Source of the DNA: Eledone cirrhosa
Taxonomy: Eukaryota
Direction: 5' to 3'
Length of the DNA: 64,000 nucleotides
Assembly: GCA_964016885.1 (NCBI GenBank)
Contig: OZ024740.1
Coordinates: 319,052,001 to 319,116,000 of the forward strand
Positions 27,501 to 43,013 of this stretch are shown in pieces (position 1 is the stretch's first letter; each line of letters starts with the position of its first letter). Under the pieces are notes generated by a model. It was not told the DNA's origin and did not search any database. It saw nothing but the letters and a program-made list of their open reading frames with translations. Made by a program: the position numbers and the translations under genes.

Positions 27501-30500
27501 CGACTCTACCAATTCGAAGTCTTTCTACTACAATACTAACATTAAATAATCCAGGATTGTCTCTTCTATTTCCACAACTTACATTCTATCTGACATTCTA
27601 ACGACTCTACCAATTCGAAGTCTTTCTACTACAATACTAACAACAAATAATCTAGGATTGTCTCATCTATCTCCACAACTTACATTTTCTCTGACATTCT
27701 AACGACTCTACCAAATGGAAGTCTTTCTACTACAATACTCACAACAAATAATCCAGGATTGTCTCGTCTATTTCCACAACTTACATTCTATCTGACATTC
27801 TAACGACTCTACCAATTCGAAGTCTTTCTACTACAATACTAACTTCAAATAATCCAGGATTGTCTCCTCTATTTCCACAACTTACATTCTATCTCACATT
27901 CTAACGAGTCTACCAATTCGCTGTATTTCTACTACAATACTCACAACAAATAAACCAGGATTGTCTCGTCTATTTCCACAACTTACGTTCTATCTGACAT
28001 ACTAACGACTCTACCCATTCGCTGTATTTCTACTACAATACTAACTTCAAATAATCCAGGATTGTCTCGTCTACTTCCACAACTTACATTGTATCTGATA
28101 TTCTAACGACTCTACCAATTCGAAGACTTTCTACTACAATACTCACAACAAATAATCCAGGATTGTCTCGTCTATTTCCACAACTTACATTCTATCTGGC
28201 ATTCTAATGACTCTACCAATTCGCTGTCTTTCTACTACAATACTCACAACAAATAATCCATATTGTCTCGTCTATTTCCACAACTTACATTCTATCTGAC
28301 ATTCAAACGACTCTATCAATTCGAAGTCTTTCTACTACAATACTAACGTCAAATAATCCAGGATTGTCTCGTCTATTTCCACAACTTACTTTCTATCTGA
28401 CATTCTAACGACTCTACCAATTCGAAGTCTTTCTACTACAATACTCACAACAAATATTCCAGGATTGTCTCGTCTATTTCCACAACTTACATTCTATCTG
28501 ACATTCTAACGACTCTACCAATTCGAAGTCTTTCTACTACAATACTAACTTTAAATAATCCAGGATTGAATCCTCTATTTCCACAACTTACATATTATCT
28601 GAAATTCTAACGACTCTACCAATTCGATGTCTTTCTACTACAATACTCACAACGAATAATCCAGGATTTTATAGTCTATTTCTACAACTTACATTCTATC
28701 TGACATTCTAACGACTCTACCAATTCGAAGTCTTTCTGCTACAATACTCACAACAAATAAACCAGCATTGTCTCGTCTATTTCCACAACTCACATTCTAT
28801 CTGACATTCTAACGACTCTATCAATTCGAAGTCTTTCTACTACAATACTAACGTCAAATAATCCAGGATCGTCTCGTCTATTTCCACAACTTACATTCTA
28901 TCTGACATTCTAACGACTCTACCAATTCGAAGTCTTTCTACTACAATACTAACAACAAATAATCTAGGATTGTCTCATCTATCTCCACAACTTACATTTT
29001 CTCTGACATTCTAACGACTCTACCAATTCGAAGTCTTTCTACTACAATACTCACAACAAATAATCCAGGATTGTCTCGTCTATTTCCACAACTTACATTC
29101 TATCTGACATTCTAACGACTCTACCCATTCGCTGTATTTCTACTACAATACTAACTTCAAATAATCCAGGATTGTCTCCTCTATTTCCACAACTTACATT
29201 CTATCTCACATTCTAACGAGTCTACCAATTCGCTGTATTTCTACTACAATACTCACAACAAATAATCCAGGATTGTCTCGTCTATTTCCACAACTTTCAT
29301 TCTATCTGACATACTAACGACTCTACCAATTCGCTGTATTTCTACTACAATACTAACTTCAAATAATCCAGGATTTTATCGGCTATTTCCACAACTTACA
29401 TTCTATCTGACATTCTAACGACTCTACCAATTCGCTGTCTTTCTACTACAATACTAACAACAAATAATCTAGGATTGTCTCGTCTATTTCCACAACTTAC
29501 ATTCTATCTCATATGCGAACGACTCTACCAATTCGAAGTCTTTCTACTAAAATACTAACAACAAATAATCTAGGATTGTCTCGTCTATTTCCACAACTTA
29601 CATTCTATCTGACATTCTAACGACTCTAACAATTCGAAGTCTTTCTGCTACAATACTAACGTCAAATAATCCAGGATTGTCTCGTCCATTTCCACAACTT
29701 ACATTCTACCTGACATTCTAACGACTCTACCAATTCGAAGTCTTTCTACTACAATACTAACATTAAATAATCCAGGATTGTCTCTTCTATTTCCACAACT
29801 TACATTCTATCTGACATTCTAACGACTCTACCAATTCGAAGTCTTTCTACTACAATACTAACTTCAAATAATCCAGGATTGTCTCCTCTATTTCCACAAC
29901 TTACATTCTATCTCACATTCTAACGAGTCTACCAATTCGCTGTATTTCTACTACAATACTCACAACAAATAAACCAGGATTGTCTCGTCTATTTCCACAA
30001 CTTACGTTCTATCTGACATACTAACGACTCTACCCATTCGCTGTATTTCTACTACAATACTAACTTCAAATAATCCAGGATTGTCTCGTCTACTTCCACA
30101 ACTTACATTGTATCTGATATTCTAACGACTCTACCAATTCGAAGACTTTCTACTACAATACTCACAACAAATAATCCAGGATTGTCTCGTCTATTTCCAC
30201 AACTTACATTCTATCTGGCATTCTAATGACTCTACCAATTCGCTGTCTTTCTACTACAATACTCACAACAAATAATCCATATTGTCTCGTCTATTTCCAC
30301 AACTTACATTCTATCTGACATTCAAACGACTCTATCAATTCGAAGTCTTTCTACTACAATACTAACGTCAAATAATCCAGGATCGTCTCGTCTATTTCCA
30401 CAACTTACTTTCTATCTGACATTCTAACGACTCTACCAATTCGAAGTCTTTCTACTACAATACTAACAACAAATAATCTAGGATTGTCTCATCTATCTCC

Positions 30501-32600
30501 ACAACTTACATTTTCTCTGACATTCTAACGACTCTATCAATTCGAAGTCTTTCTACTACAATACTAACGTCAAATAATCCAGGATCGTCTCGTCTATTTC
30601 CACAACTTACATTCTATCTGACATTCTAACGACTCTACCAATTCGAAGTCTTTCTACTACAATACTAACAACAAATAATCTAGGATTGTCTCATCTATCT
30701 CCACAACTTACATTTTCTCTGACATTCTAACGACTCTACCAATTCGAAGTCTTTCTACTACAATACTCACAACAAATAATCCAGGATTGTCTCGTCTATT
30801 TCCACAACTTACATTCTATCTGACATTCTAACGACTCTACCCATTCGCTGTATTTCTACTACAATACTAACTTCAAATAATCCAGGATTGTCTCCTCTAT
30901 TTCCACAACTTACATTCTATCTCACATTCTAACGAGTCTACCAATTCGCTGTATTTCTACTACAATACTCACAACAAATAATCCAGGATTGTCTCGTCTA
31001 TTTCCACAACTTTCATTCTATCTGACATACTAACGACTCTACCAATTCGCTGTATTTCTACTACAATACTAACTTCAAATAATCCAGGATTGTATCGGCT
31101 ATTTCCACAACTTACATTCTATCTGACATTCTAACGACTCTACCAATTCGCTGTCTTTCTACTACAATACTAACAACAAATAATCTAGGATTGTCTCGTC
31201 TATTTCCACAACTTACATTCTATCTCATATTCGAACGACTCTACCAATTCGAAGTCTTTCTACTAAAATACTAACAACAAATAATCTAGGATTGTCTCGT
31301 CTATTTCCACAACTTACATTCTATCTGACATTCTAACGACTCTAACAATTCGAAGTCTTTCTGCTACAATACTAACGTCAAATAATCCAGGATTGTCTCG
31401 TCCATTTCCACAACTTACATTCTACCTGACATTCTAACGACTCTAACAATTCGAAGTCTTTCTACTACAATACTAACATTAAATAATCCAGGATTGTCTC
31501 TTCTATTTCCACAACTTACATTCTATCTGACATTCTAACGACTCTACCAATTCGAAGTCTTTCTACTACAATACTAACTTCAAATAATCCAGGATTGTCT
31601 CCTCTATTTCCACAACTTACATTCTATCTCACATTCTAACGAGTCTACCAATTCGCTGTATTTCTACTACAATACTCACAACAAATAAACCAGGATTGTC
31701 TCGTCTATTTCCACAACTTACGTTCTATCTGACATACTAACGACTCTACCCATTCGCTGTATTTCTACTACAATACTAACTTCAAATAATCCAGGATTGT
31801 TTCGTCTACTTCCACAACTTACATTGTATCTGATATTCTAACGACTCTACCAATTCGAAGACTTTCTACTACAATACTCACAACAAATAATCCAGGATTG
31901 TCTCGTCTATTTCCACAACTTACATTCTATCTGGCATTCTAATGACTCTATCAATTCGAAGTCTTTCTACTACAATACTAACGTCAAATAATCCAGGATT
32001 GTCTCGTCTATTTCCACAACTTACTTTCTATCTGACATTCTAACGACTCTACCAATTCGAAGTCTTTCTACTACAATACTAACTTTAAATAATCCAGGAT
32101 TGAATCCTCTATTTCCACAACTTACATATTATCTGAAATTCTAACGACTCTACCAATTCGATGTCTTTCTACTACAATACTCACAACAAATAATCCAGGA
32201 TTTTATAGTCTATTTCTACAACTTACATTCTATCTGACATTCTAACGACTCTACCAATTCGAAGTCTTTCTGCTACAATACTCACAACAAATAATCCAGC
32301 ATTGTCTCGTCTATTTCCACAACTCACATTCTATCTGACATTCTAACGACTCTATCAATTCGAAGTCTTTCTACTACAATACTAACGTCAAATAATCCGG
32401 GATCGTCTCGTCTATTTCCACAACTTACATTCTATCTGACATTCTAACGACTCTACCAATTCGAAGTCTTTCTACTACAATACTAACAACAAATAATCTA
32501 GGATTGTCTCATCTATCTCCACAACTTACATTTTCTCTGACATTCTAACGACTCTACCAATTCGAAGTCTTTCTACTACAATACTCACAACAAATAATCC
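24590..32600. repeat. Variable-length higher-order repeat zone sharing a common core of about 9 monomers (periods 9, 15, 22 and 17 monomers)
   Basis: Marker TAAAATAC at 24904, 25813, 27327, 29548, 31264 (spacings 909, 1514, 2221, 1716), each within the same monomer order: ACTTTCAT / GTATCGG / CTCATATTCG / GTCCAT / TACCTG-CATTA / GAGTC-AAACC. Confidence 0.88.
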
Positions 32601-35600
32601 AGGATTGTCTCGTCTATCTCCAGACCTTACATTCTATCTGACATTCTAACGACTCTACCAGTTCGCTGTATTTCTACTACAATACTAACTTCAAATAATC
32701 CAGGATTGTCTCGTCTATTTCCACAACTTACATTCTATCTGATATTCTAACGACTCTACCCATTCGCTGTATTTCTACTACAATACTAACTTCAAATAAT
32801 CCAGGATTGTCTCGTCTACTTCCACAACTTACATTGTATCTGATATTCTAACGACTCTTCCAATTCGAAGACTTTCTACTACAATACTCACAACAAATAA
32901 TCCAGGATTGTCTCGTCTATTTCCACAACTTACATTCTACCTGACATTCTAACGACTCTACCAATTCGAAGTCTTTCTACTACAATACTCACAACAAATA
33001 ATCCATATTGTCTCGTCTATTTCCACAACTTACATTCTATCTTACATTCAAACGACTCTATCAATTCGAAGTCTTTCTACTACAATACTAACGTCAAATA
33101 ATCCAGGATTGTCTCGTCTATTTCCACAACTTACTTTCTATCTGACATTCTAACTACTCTACCAATTCGAAGTCTTTCTACTACAATACTCACAACAAAT
33201 ATTCCAGGATCGTCTCGTCTATTTCCACAACTTACATTCTATCTGACATTCTAACGACTCTACCAATTCGAAGTCTTTCTACTACAATACTCACAACAAA
33301 TAATCCATATTGTCTCGTCTATTTCCACAACTTACATTCTATCTGACATTCAAACGACTCTATCAATTCGAAGTCTTTCTACTACAATACTAACGTCAAA
33401 TAATCCAGGATTGTCTCGTGTATTTCCACAACTTACTTTCTATCTGACATTCTAACGACTCTACCAATTCGATGTGTTTCTACTACAATACTCACAACAA
33501 ATAATCCAGGATTGTCTCGTCTATCTCCAGACCTTACATTCTATCTGACATTCTAACGACTCTACCAGTTGGCTGTATTTCTACTACAATACTAACTTCA
33601 AATAATCCAGGATTGTCTCGTCTATTTCCACAACTTACATTCTATCTGACATACTAACGACTCTACCCATTCGCTGTATTTCTACTACAATACTAACTTC
33701 AAATAATCCAGGATTGTCTCGTCTACTTCCACAACTTACATTGTATCTGATATTCTAACGACTCTACCAATTCGAAGACTTTCTACTACAATACTCACAA
33801 CAAATAATCCAGGATTGTCTCGTCTATCTCCAGACCTTACATTCTATCTGACATTCTAACAACTTTACCAGTTCGCTGTATTTCTACTACAATACTAACT
33901 TCAAATAATCCAGGATTGTCTCGTCTATTTCCACAACTTACATTCTATCTGACATTCAAACGACTCTACCAATTCGAAGTCTTTCTACTACAATACTAAC
34001 GTCAAATAATCCAGGATTGTCTCCTCTATTTCTACAACTTACATTCTATCTGACATTCTAACGATTCTACCAATTCGCTGTATTTCTACTACAATACTAA
34101 CTTCAAATAATCCAGGATTGTCTCGTCTATTTCCACAACTTACATTCTATCTGATATTCTAACGACTCTACCAATTCGAAGTCTTTCTACTACAATATTC
34201 ACAACAAATATTCCAGGATTGTCTCGTCTATTTCCACAACTTACATTCTATCTGACATACTAACGACTTTACCAATTCGAAGTCTTTCTACTACAATACT
34301 AACTTTAAACAATCCAGGATTGTCTCCTCTATTTCCACAACTTACATTCTATCTGACATTGAAACGACTCTACCAATTCGATGTCTTTGTACTACAATAC
34401 TCACAAAAAAATAATCCAGGATTGTATCGTCTATTTCCACAACTTACATTCTATCTGACATTCTAACGACTCTACCAATTCGCTGTATTTCTACTACAAT
34501 ACTAACTTCAATTAGTCCAGGATTGACTCATCTATTTCCACAACTTACATTATATCTGATATTCGAAAGACTCTACCAATTAGAAGACTTTCTACTACAA
34601 TACTAACAACAAATAATCCAGGATTGTCTCGTGTATTTCCACAACTTACATTCTATCTGACATTCTAACGACTCTACCAATTCGAAGTTTTTCTACTACA
34701 ATACTCACAACAAATAATCCAGGATTGTCTCATCTATTTCCACAACTTACATTCTATCTGACATTCTAACGACTCTACCAATTCGATGTGTTTCTACTAC
34801 AATAGTCACAACAAATAATCCAGGATTGTCTCGTCTATCTCCAGACCTTACATTCTATCTGACATTCTAACGACTCTACCAGTTTGCTGTATTTCTATTA
34901 CAATACTAACTTCAAATAATCCAGGATTGTCCCGTCTATTTCCACAACTTACATTCTATCTGACATTCAAACGACTCTACCAATTCGAAGTCTTTCTCCT
35001 ACAATACTAACGTCAAATAATCCAGGATTGTCTCCTCTATTTCCACAACTTACATTCTATCTGACATTCTAACGACTCTAACAATTCGAAGTATTTCTGC
35101 TACAATACTCACAACAAATAATCCAGGATTGTCTCGTCTATTTCCACAACTTACATTCTATCTGACATTCAAACGACTCTATCAATTCGAAGTCTTTCTA
35201 CTACAATACTAACGTAAAATAATCCAGGATTGTCTTGTCTATTTCCACAACTTACTTTCTATCTGACATTCTAACGACTCTACCAATTCGAAGTCTTTCT
35301 ACTACAATACTCACAACAAATATTCCAGGATTGTCTCGTCTATTTCCACAACTTACATTCTATCTGACATTCTAACGACTCTACCAATTCGAAGTCTTTC
35401 TACTACAATACTAACTTTAAATAATCCAGGATTGAATCCTCTATTTCCACAACTTACTTTCTATCTGACATTCTAACGACTCTACCAATTCGAAGTCTTT
35501 CTGCTACAATACTCACAACAAATAATCCAGGATTGTCTCGTCTATTTCCACACCTTACATTCTATCTGACATTCTAACGACTCTACCTATTTGCTGTATT

Positions 35601-38600
35601 TCTACTACAATACTCACAACAAATAATCCAGCATTGTCTCGTCTATTTCCACAACTCACATTCTATCTGACATTCTAACGACTCTATCAATTCGAAGTCT
35701 TTCTACTACAATACTAACGTCAAATAATCCAGGATCGTCTCGTCTATTTCCACAACTTACATTCTATCTGACATTCTAACGACTCTACCAATTCGAAGTC
35801 TTTCTACTACAATACTAACAACAAATAATCTAGGATTGTCTCATCTATCTCCACAACTTACATTTTCTCTGACATTCTAACGACTCTACCAATTCGAAGT
35901 CTTTCTACTACAATACTCACAACAAATAATCCAGGATTGTCTCGTCTATTTCCACAACTTACATTCTATCTGACATTCTAACGACTCTACCAATTCGAAG
36001 TCTTTCTACTACAATACTAACAACAAATAATCTGGAATTGTCTCGTCTATTTCCACAACTTACATTCTATCTGACATTCTAACGACTCTACCCATTCGCT
36101 GTATTTCTACTACAATACTAACTTAAAATAATCCAGGATTGTCTCCTCTATTTCCACAACTTACATTCTATCTCACATTCTATCGAGTCTACCAATTCGC
36201 TGTATTTCTACTACAATACTAACTTCAAATAATCCAGGATTGTCTCGTCTACTTCCACAACTTACATTGTATCTGATATTCTAACGACTCTACCAATTCG
36301 CTGTATTTCTACTACAATACTAACTTCAAATAATCCAGGATTGTATCGGCTATTTCCACAACTTACATTCTATCTGACATTCTAACGACTCTACCAATTC
36401 GCTGTCTTTCTACTACAATACTAACAACAAATAATCTAGGATTGTCTCGTCTATTTCCACAACTTACATTCTATCTCATATTCGAACGACTCTACCAATT
36501 CGAAGTCTTTCTACTACAATACTAACAACAAATAATCTAGGATTGTCTCGTCTATTTCCACAACTTACATTCTATCTGACATTCTAACGACTCTAACAAT
36601 TCGAAGTCTTTCTGCTACAATACTCACAACAAATAATCCAGGATTTTATAGTCTATTTCTACAACTTACATTATATATGACGTCCTAACGACTCTACCAA
36701 TTCGAAGTCTTTCTGCTACAATACTCACAACAAATAATCCAGGATTGTCTCGTCTATTTCCACACCTTAAATTCTATCTGACATTCTAACGACTCTACCT
36801 ATTTGCTGTATTTCTACTACAATACTCACAACAAATAATCCAGCATTGTCTCGTCTATTTCCACAACTCACGTTCTATCTGACATTCTAACGACTCTATC
36901 AATTCGAAGTCTTTCTACTATAATACTAACAACAAATAATCTAGGATTGTCTCATCTATCTCCACAACTTACATTTTCTCTGACATTCTAACGACTCTAC
37001 CAATTCGAAGTCTTTCTACTACGATACTCACAACAAATAATCCAGGATTGTCTCGTCTATTTCCACAACTTACATTCTATCTGACATTCTAACGACTCTA
37101 CCAATTCGAAGTCTTTCTACTACAATACTAACAACAAATAATCTGGGATTGTCTCGTCTATTTCCACAACTTACATTCTATCTGACATTCTAACGACTCT
37201 ACCCATTCGCTGTATTTCTACTACAATACTAACTTCAAATAATCCAGGATTGTCTCCTCTATTTCCACAACTTACATTCTATCTCACATTCTAACGAGTC
37301 TACCAATTCGCTGTATTTCTACTACAATACTCACAACAAATAATCCAGGATTGTCTCGTCTATTTCCACAACTTACATTCTATCTGACATTCTAACGACT
37401 CTACCAATTCGCTGTCTTTCTACTACAATACTAACAACAAATAATCTAGGATTGTCTCGTCTATTTCCACAACTTACATTCTATCTCATATTCGAACGAC
37501 TCTACCAATTCGAAGTCTTTCTACTACAATACTAACAACAAATAATCTAGGATTGTCACGTCTATTTCCACAACTTACATTCTATCTGACATTCTAACGA
37601 CTCTAACAATTCGAAGTCTTTCTGCTACAATACTAACGTCAAATAATCCAGGATTGTCTCGTCCATTTCCACAACTTACATTCTACCTGACATTCTAACG
37701 ACTCTACCAATTCGAAGTCTTTCTACTACAATACTAACATTAAATAATCCAGGATTGTCTCTTCTATTTCCACAACTTACATTCTATCTGATATTCTAAC
37801 GACTCTTCCATTTCGAAGACTTTCTACTACAATACTCACAACAAATAATCCAGGATTGTCTCGTCTATTTCCACAACTTACATTCTATCTGGCATTCTAA
37901 TGACTCTACCAATTCGCTGTCTTTCTACTACAATACTCACAACAAATAATCCATATTGTCTCGTCTATTTCCACAACTTACATTCTATCTGACATTCAAA
38001 CGACTCTATCAATTCGAAGTCTTTCTACTACAATACTAACGTCAAATAATCCAGGATTGTCTCGTCTATTTCCACAACTTACTTTCTATCTGACATTCTA
38101 ACGACTCTACCAATTCGAAGTCTTTCTACTACAATACTCACAACAAATATTCCAGGATTGTCTCGTCTATTTCCACAACTTACATTCTATCTGACATTCT
38201 AACGACTCTACCAATTCGAAGTCTTTCTACTACAAAACTTACTTTAAATAATCCAGGATTGTCTCGTCTATTTCCACAACTTACATTCTATCTGACATTC
38301 TAACGACTCTACCAATTCGATGTGTTTCTACTACAATACTCACAACAAATAATCCAGGGTTGTCTCGTCTATCTCCAGACCTTACATTCTATCTGACATT
38401 CTAACGACTCTACCCATTCGCTGTATTTCTACTACAATACTAACTTCAAATAATCCAGGATTGTCTCGTCTACTTCCACAACTTACATTGTATCTGATAT
38501 TCTAACGACTCTACCAATTCGAAGTCTTTCTGCTACAATACTCACAACAAATAATCCAGGATTGTCTCGTCTATTTCCACACCTTACATTCTATCTGACA

Positions 38601-39365
38601 TTCTAACGACTCTACCTATTTGCTGTATTTCTACTACAATACTCACAACAAATAATCCAGCATTGTCTCGTCTATTTCCACAACTCATATTCTATCTGAC
38701 ATTCTAACGACTCTATCAATTCGAAGTCTTTCTACTACAATACTAACGTCAAATAATCCAGGATCGTCTCGTCTATTTCCACAACTTACATTCTATCTGA
38801 CTTTCTAACGACTCTACCAATTCGAAGTCTTTCTACTACAATACTAACAACAAATAATCTAGGATTGTCTCATCTATCTCCACAACTTACATTCTATCTG
38901 ACATTCTAACGACTCTACCAATTCGAAGTCTTTCTACTACAATACTCACAACAAATAATCCAGGATCGTCTCGTCTATTTCCACAACTTACATTCTATCT
39001 GACTTTCTAACGACTCTACCAATTCGAAGTCTTTCTACTACAATACTAACAACAAATAATCTAGGATTGTCTCATCTATCTCCACAACTTACATTCTATC
39101 TGACATTCTAACGACTCTACCAATTCGAAGTCTTTCTACTACAATACTAACAACAAATAATCTGGGATTGTCTCGTCTATTTCCACAACTTACATTCTAT
39201 CTGACATTCTAACGACTCTACCCATTCGCTGTATTTCTACTACAATACTAATTTCAAATAATCCAGGATTGTCTCGTCTATTTCCACAACTTACATTCTA
39301 TCTCACATTCTAACGAGTCTACCAATTCGCTGTATTTCTACTACAATACTCACAACAAATAAACC

Positions 39366-42300
39366 AGGATTGTCTCGTCTATTTCCACAACTTACATTCT
39401 ATCTGACATACTAACGACTCTACCAATTCGCTGTATTTCTACTACAATACTAACTTCAAATAATCCAGGATTGTATCGGCTATTTCCACAACTTACATTC
39501 TATCTGACATTCTAACGACTCTACCAATTCGCTGTCTTTCTACTACAATACTAACAACAAATAATCTAGGATTGTCTCGTCTATTTCCACAACTTACACT
39601 CTATCTCATATTCGAACGACTCTACCAATTCGAAGTCTTTCTACTACAATACTAACAACAAATAATCTAGGATCGTCTCATCTATTTCCACAACTTACAT
39701 TCTATCTGACATTCTAACGACTCTAACAATTCGAAGTCTTTCTGCTACAATACTAACGTCAAATAATCCAGGATTGTCTCGTCTACTTCCACAACTTACA
39801 TTGTATCTGATATTCTAACGACTCTACCAATTCGAAGACTTTCTCCTACAATACTCACAACAAATAATCCAGGATTGTCTCCTCTATTTCCACAACTTAC
39901 ATTCTATCTGACATTCTAACGACTCTACCAATTCGAAGTCTTTCTACTACAATACTAACTTTAAATAATCCAGGATTGAATCCTCTATTTCCACAACTTA
40001 CATATTATCTGAAATTCTAACGACTCTACCAATTCGATGTCTTTCTACTACAATACTCACAACAAATAATCCAGGATTTTATAGTCTATTTCTACAACTT
40101 ACATTCTATCTGACGTTCTAACGACTCTACCAATTCGAAGTCTTTCTGCTACAATACTCACAACAAATAATCCAGGATTGTCTCGTCTATTTCCACACCT
40201 TACATTCTATCTGACATTCTAACGACTCTACCTATTTGCTGTATTTCTACTACAATACTCACAACAAATAATCCAGCATTGTCTCGTCTATTTCCACAAC
40301 TCACATTCTATCTGACATTCTAACGACTCTATCAATTCGAAGTCTTTCTACTACAATACTAACAACAAATAATCTAGGATTGTCTCATCTATCTCCACAA
40401 CTTACATTTTCTCTGACATTCTAACGACTCTACCAATTCGAAGTCTTTCTACTACGATACTCACAACAAATAATCCAGGATTGTCTCGTCTATTTCCACA
40501 ACTTACATTCTATCTGACATTCTAACGACTCTACCAATTCGAAGTCTTTCTACTACAATACTAACAACAAATAATCTGGGATTGTCTCGTCTATTTCCAC
40601 AACTTACATTCTATCTGACATTCTAACGACTCTACCCATTCGCTGTATTTCTACTACAATACTAACTTCAAATAATCCAGGATTGTCTCGTCTATTTCCA
40701 CAACTTACATTTTATCTGATATTCTAACGACTCTACCAATTCGAAGTCTTTCTACTACAATATTCACAACAAATATTCCAGGATTGTCTCGTCTATTTCC
40801 ACAACTTACATTCTATCTGACATACTAACGACTCTACCAATTCGAAGTCTTTCTACTACAATACTAACTTTAAACAATCCAGGATTGTCTCCTCTATTTC
40901 CACATCTTACATTCTATCTGACATTGAAACGACTCTACCAATTCGATGTCTTTGTACTACAATACTCACAAAAAAATAATCCAGGATTGTATCGTCTATT
41001 TCCACAACTTACATTCTATCTGACATTCTAACGACTCTACCAATTCGCTGTATTTCTACTACAATACTAACTTCAATTAGTCCAGGATTGACTCATCTAT
41101 TTCCACAACTTACATTATATCTGATATTCGAAAGACTCTACCAATTAGAAGGCTTTCTACTACAATACTAACAACAAATAATCCAGGATTGTCTCGTCTA
41201 TTTCCACAACTTACATTCTATCTGACATTCTAACGACTCTACCAATTCGATGTGTTTCTACTACAATACTAACTTCAAATAATCCAGGATTGTCTCCTCT
41301 ATTTCCACAACTTACATTCTATCTCACATTCTAACGAGTCTACCAATTCGCTGTATTTCTACTACAATACTCACAACAAATAATCCAGGATTGTCTCGTC
41401 TATTTCCACAACTTTCATTCTATCTGACATACTAACGACTCTACCAATTCGCTGTATTTCTACTACAATACTAACTTCAAATAATCCAGGATTGTATCGG
41501 CTATTTCCACAACTTACATTCTATCTGACATTCTAACGACTCTACCAATTCGCTGTCTTTCTACTACAATACTAACAACAAATAATCTAGGATTGTCTCG
41601 TCTATTTCCACAACTTACATTCTATCTCATATTCGAACGACTCTACCAATTCGAAGTCTTTCTACTACAATACTAACAACAAATAATCTAGGATTGTCTC
41701 GTCTATTTCCACAACTTACATTCTATCTGACATACTAACGACTCTACCAATTCGCTGTATTTCTACTACAATACTAACTTCAAATAATCCAGGATTGTAT
41801 CGGCTATTTCCACAACTTACATTCTATCTGACATTCTAACGACTCTACCAATTCGCTGTCTTTCTACTACAATACTAACAACAAATAATCTAGGATTGTC
41901 TCGTCTATTTCCACAACTTACACTCTATCTCATATTCGAACGACTCTACCAATTCGAAGTCTTTCTACTACAATACTAACAACAAATAATCTAGGATCGT
42001 CTCATCTATTTCCACAACTTACATTCTATCTGACATTCTAACGACTCTAACAATTCGAAGTCTTTCTGCTACAATACTAACGTCAAATAATCCAGGATTG
42101 TCTCGTCTACTTCCACAACTTACATTGTATCTGATATTCTAACGACTCTACCAATTCGAAGACTTTCTCCTACAATACTCACAACAAATAATCCAGGATT
42201 GTCTCCTCTATTTCCACAACTTACATTCTATCTGACATTCTAACGACTCTACCAATTCGAAGTCTTTCTACTACAATACTAACTTTAAATAATCCAGGAT

Positions 42301-43013
42301 TGAATCCTCTATTTGCACAACTTACATATTATCTGAAATTCTAACGACTCTACCAATTCGATGTCTTTCTACTACAATACTCACAACAAATAATCCAGGA
42401 TTTTATAGTCTATTTCTACAACTTACATTCTATCTGACGTTCTAACGACTCTACCAATTCGAAGTCTTTCTGCTACAATACTCACAACAAATAATCCAGG
42501 ATTGTCTCGTCTATTTCCACACCTTACATTCTATCTGACATTCTAACGACTCTACCTATTTGCTGTATTTCTACTACAATACTCACAACAAATAATCCAA
42601 CATTGTCTCGTCTATTTCCACAACTCACATTCTATCTGACATTCTAACGACTCTATCAATTCGAAGTCTTTCTACTACAATACTAACAACAAATAATCTA
42701 GGATTGTCTCATCTATCTCCACAACTTACATTTTCTCTGACATTCTAACGACTCTACCAATTCGAAGTCTTTCTACTACGATACTCACAACAAATAATCC
42801 AGGATTGTCTCGTCTATTTCCACAACTTACATTCTATCTGACATTCTAACGACTCTACCAATTCGAAGTCTTTCTACTACAATACTAACAACAAATAATC
42901 TGGGATTGTCTCGTCTATTTCCACAACTTACATTCTATCTGACATTCTAACGACTCTACCCATTCGCTGTATTTCTACTACAATACTAACTTCAAATAAT
43001 CCAGGATTGTCTC
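39366..43013. repeat. Block duplication with 23-monomer offset (2324 = 23x101+1): ~39366-40689 recurs at ~41690-43013
   Basis: CACTCTATCTCATA at 39597/41921; CTAGGATCGTCTCAT, GACTTTCTCC, TGACGTTC, CCTATTTGC, TACGATAC and TCTGGGA shared in order. Confidence 0.92.
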
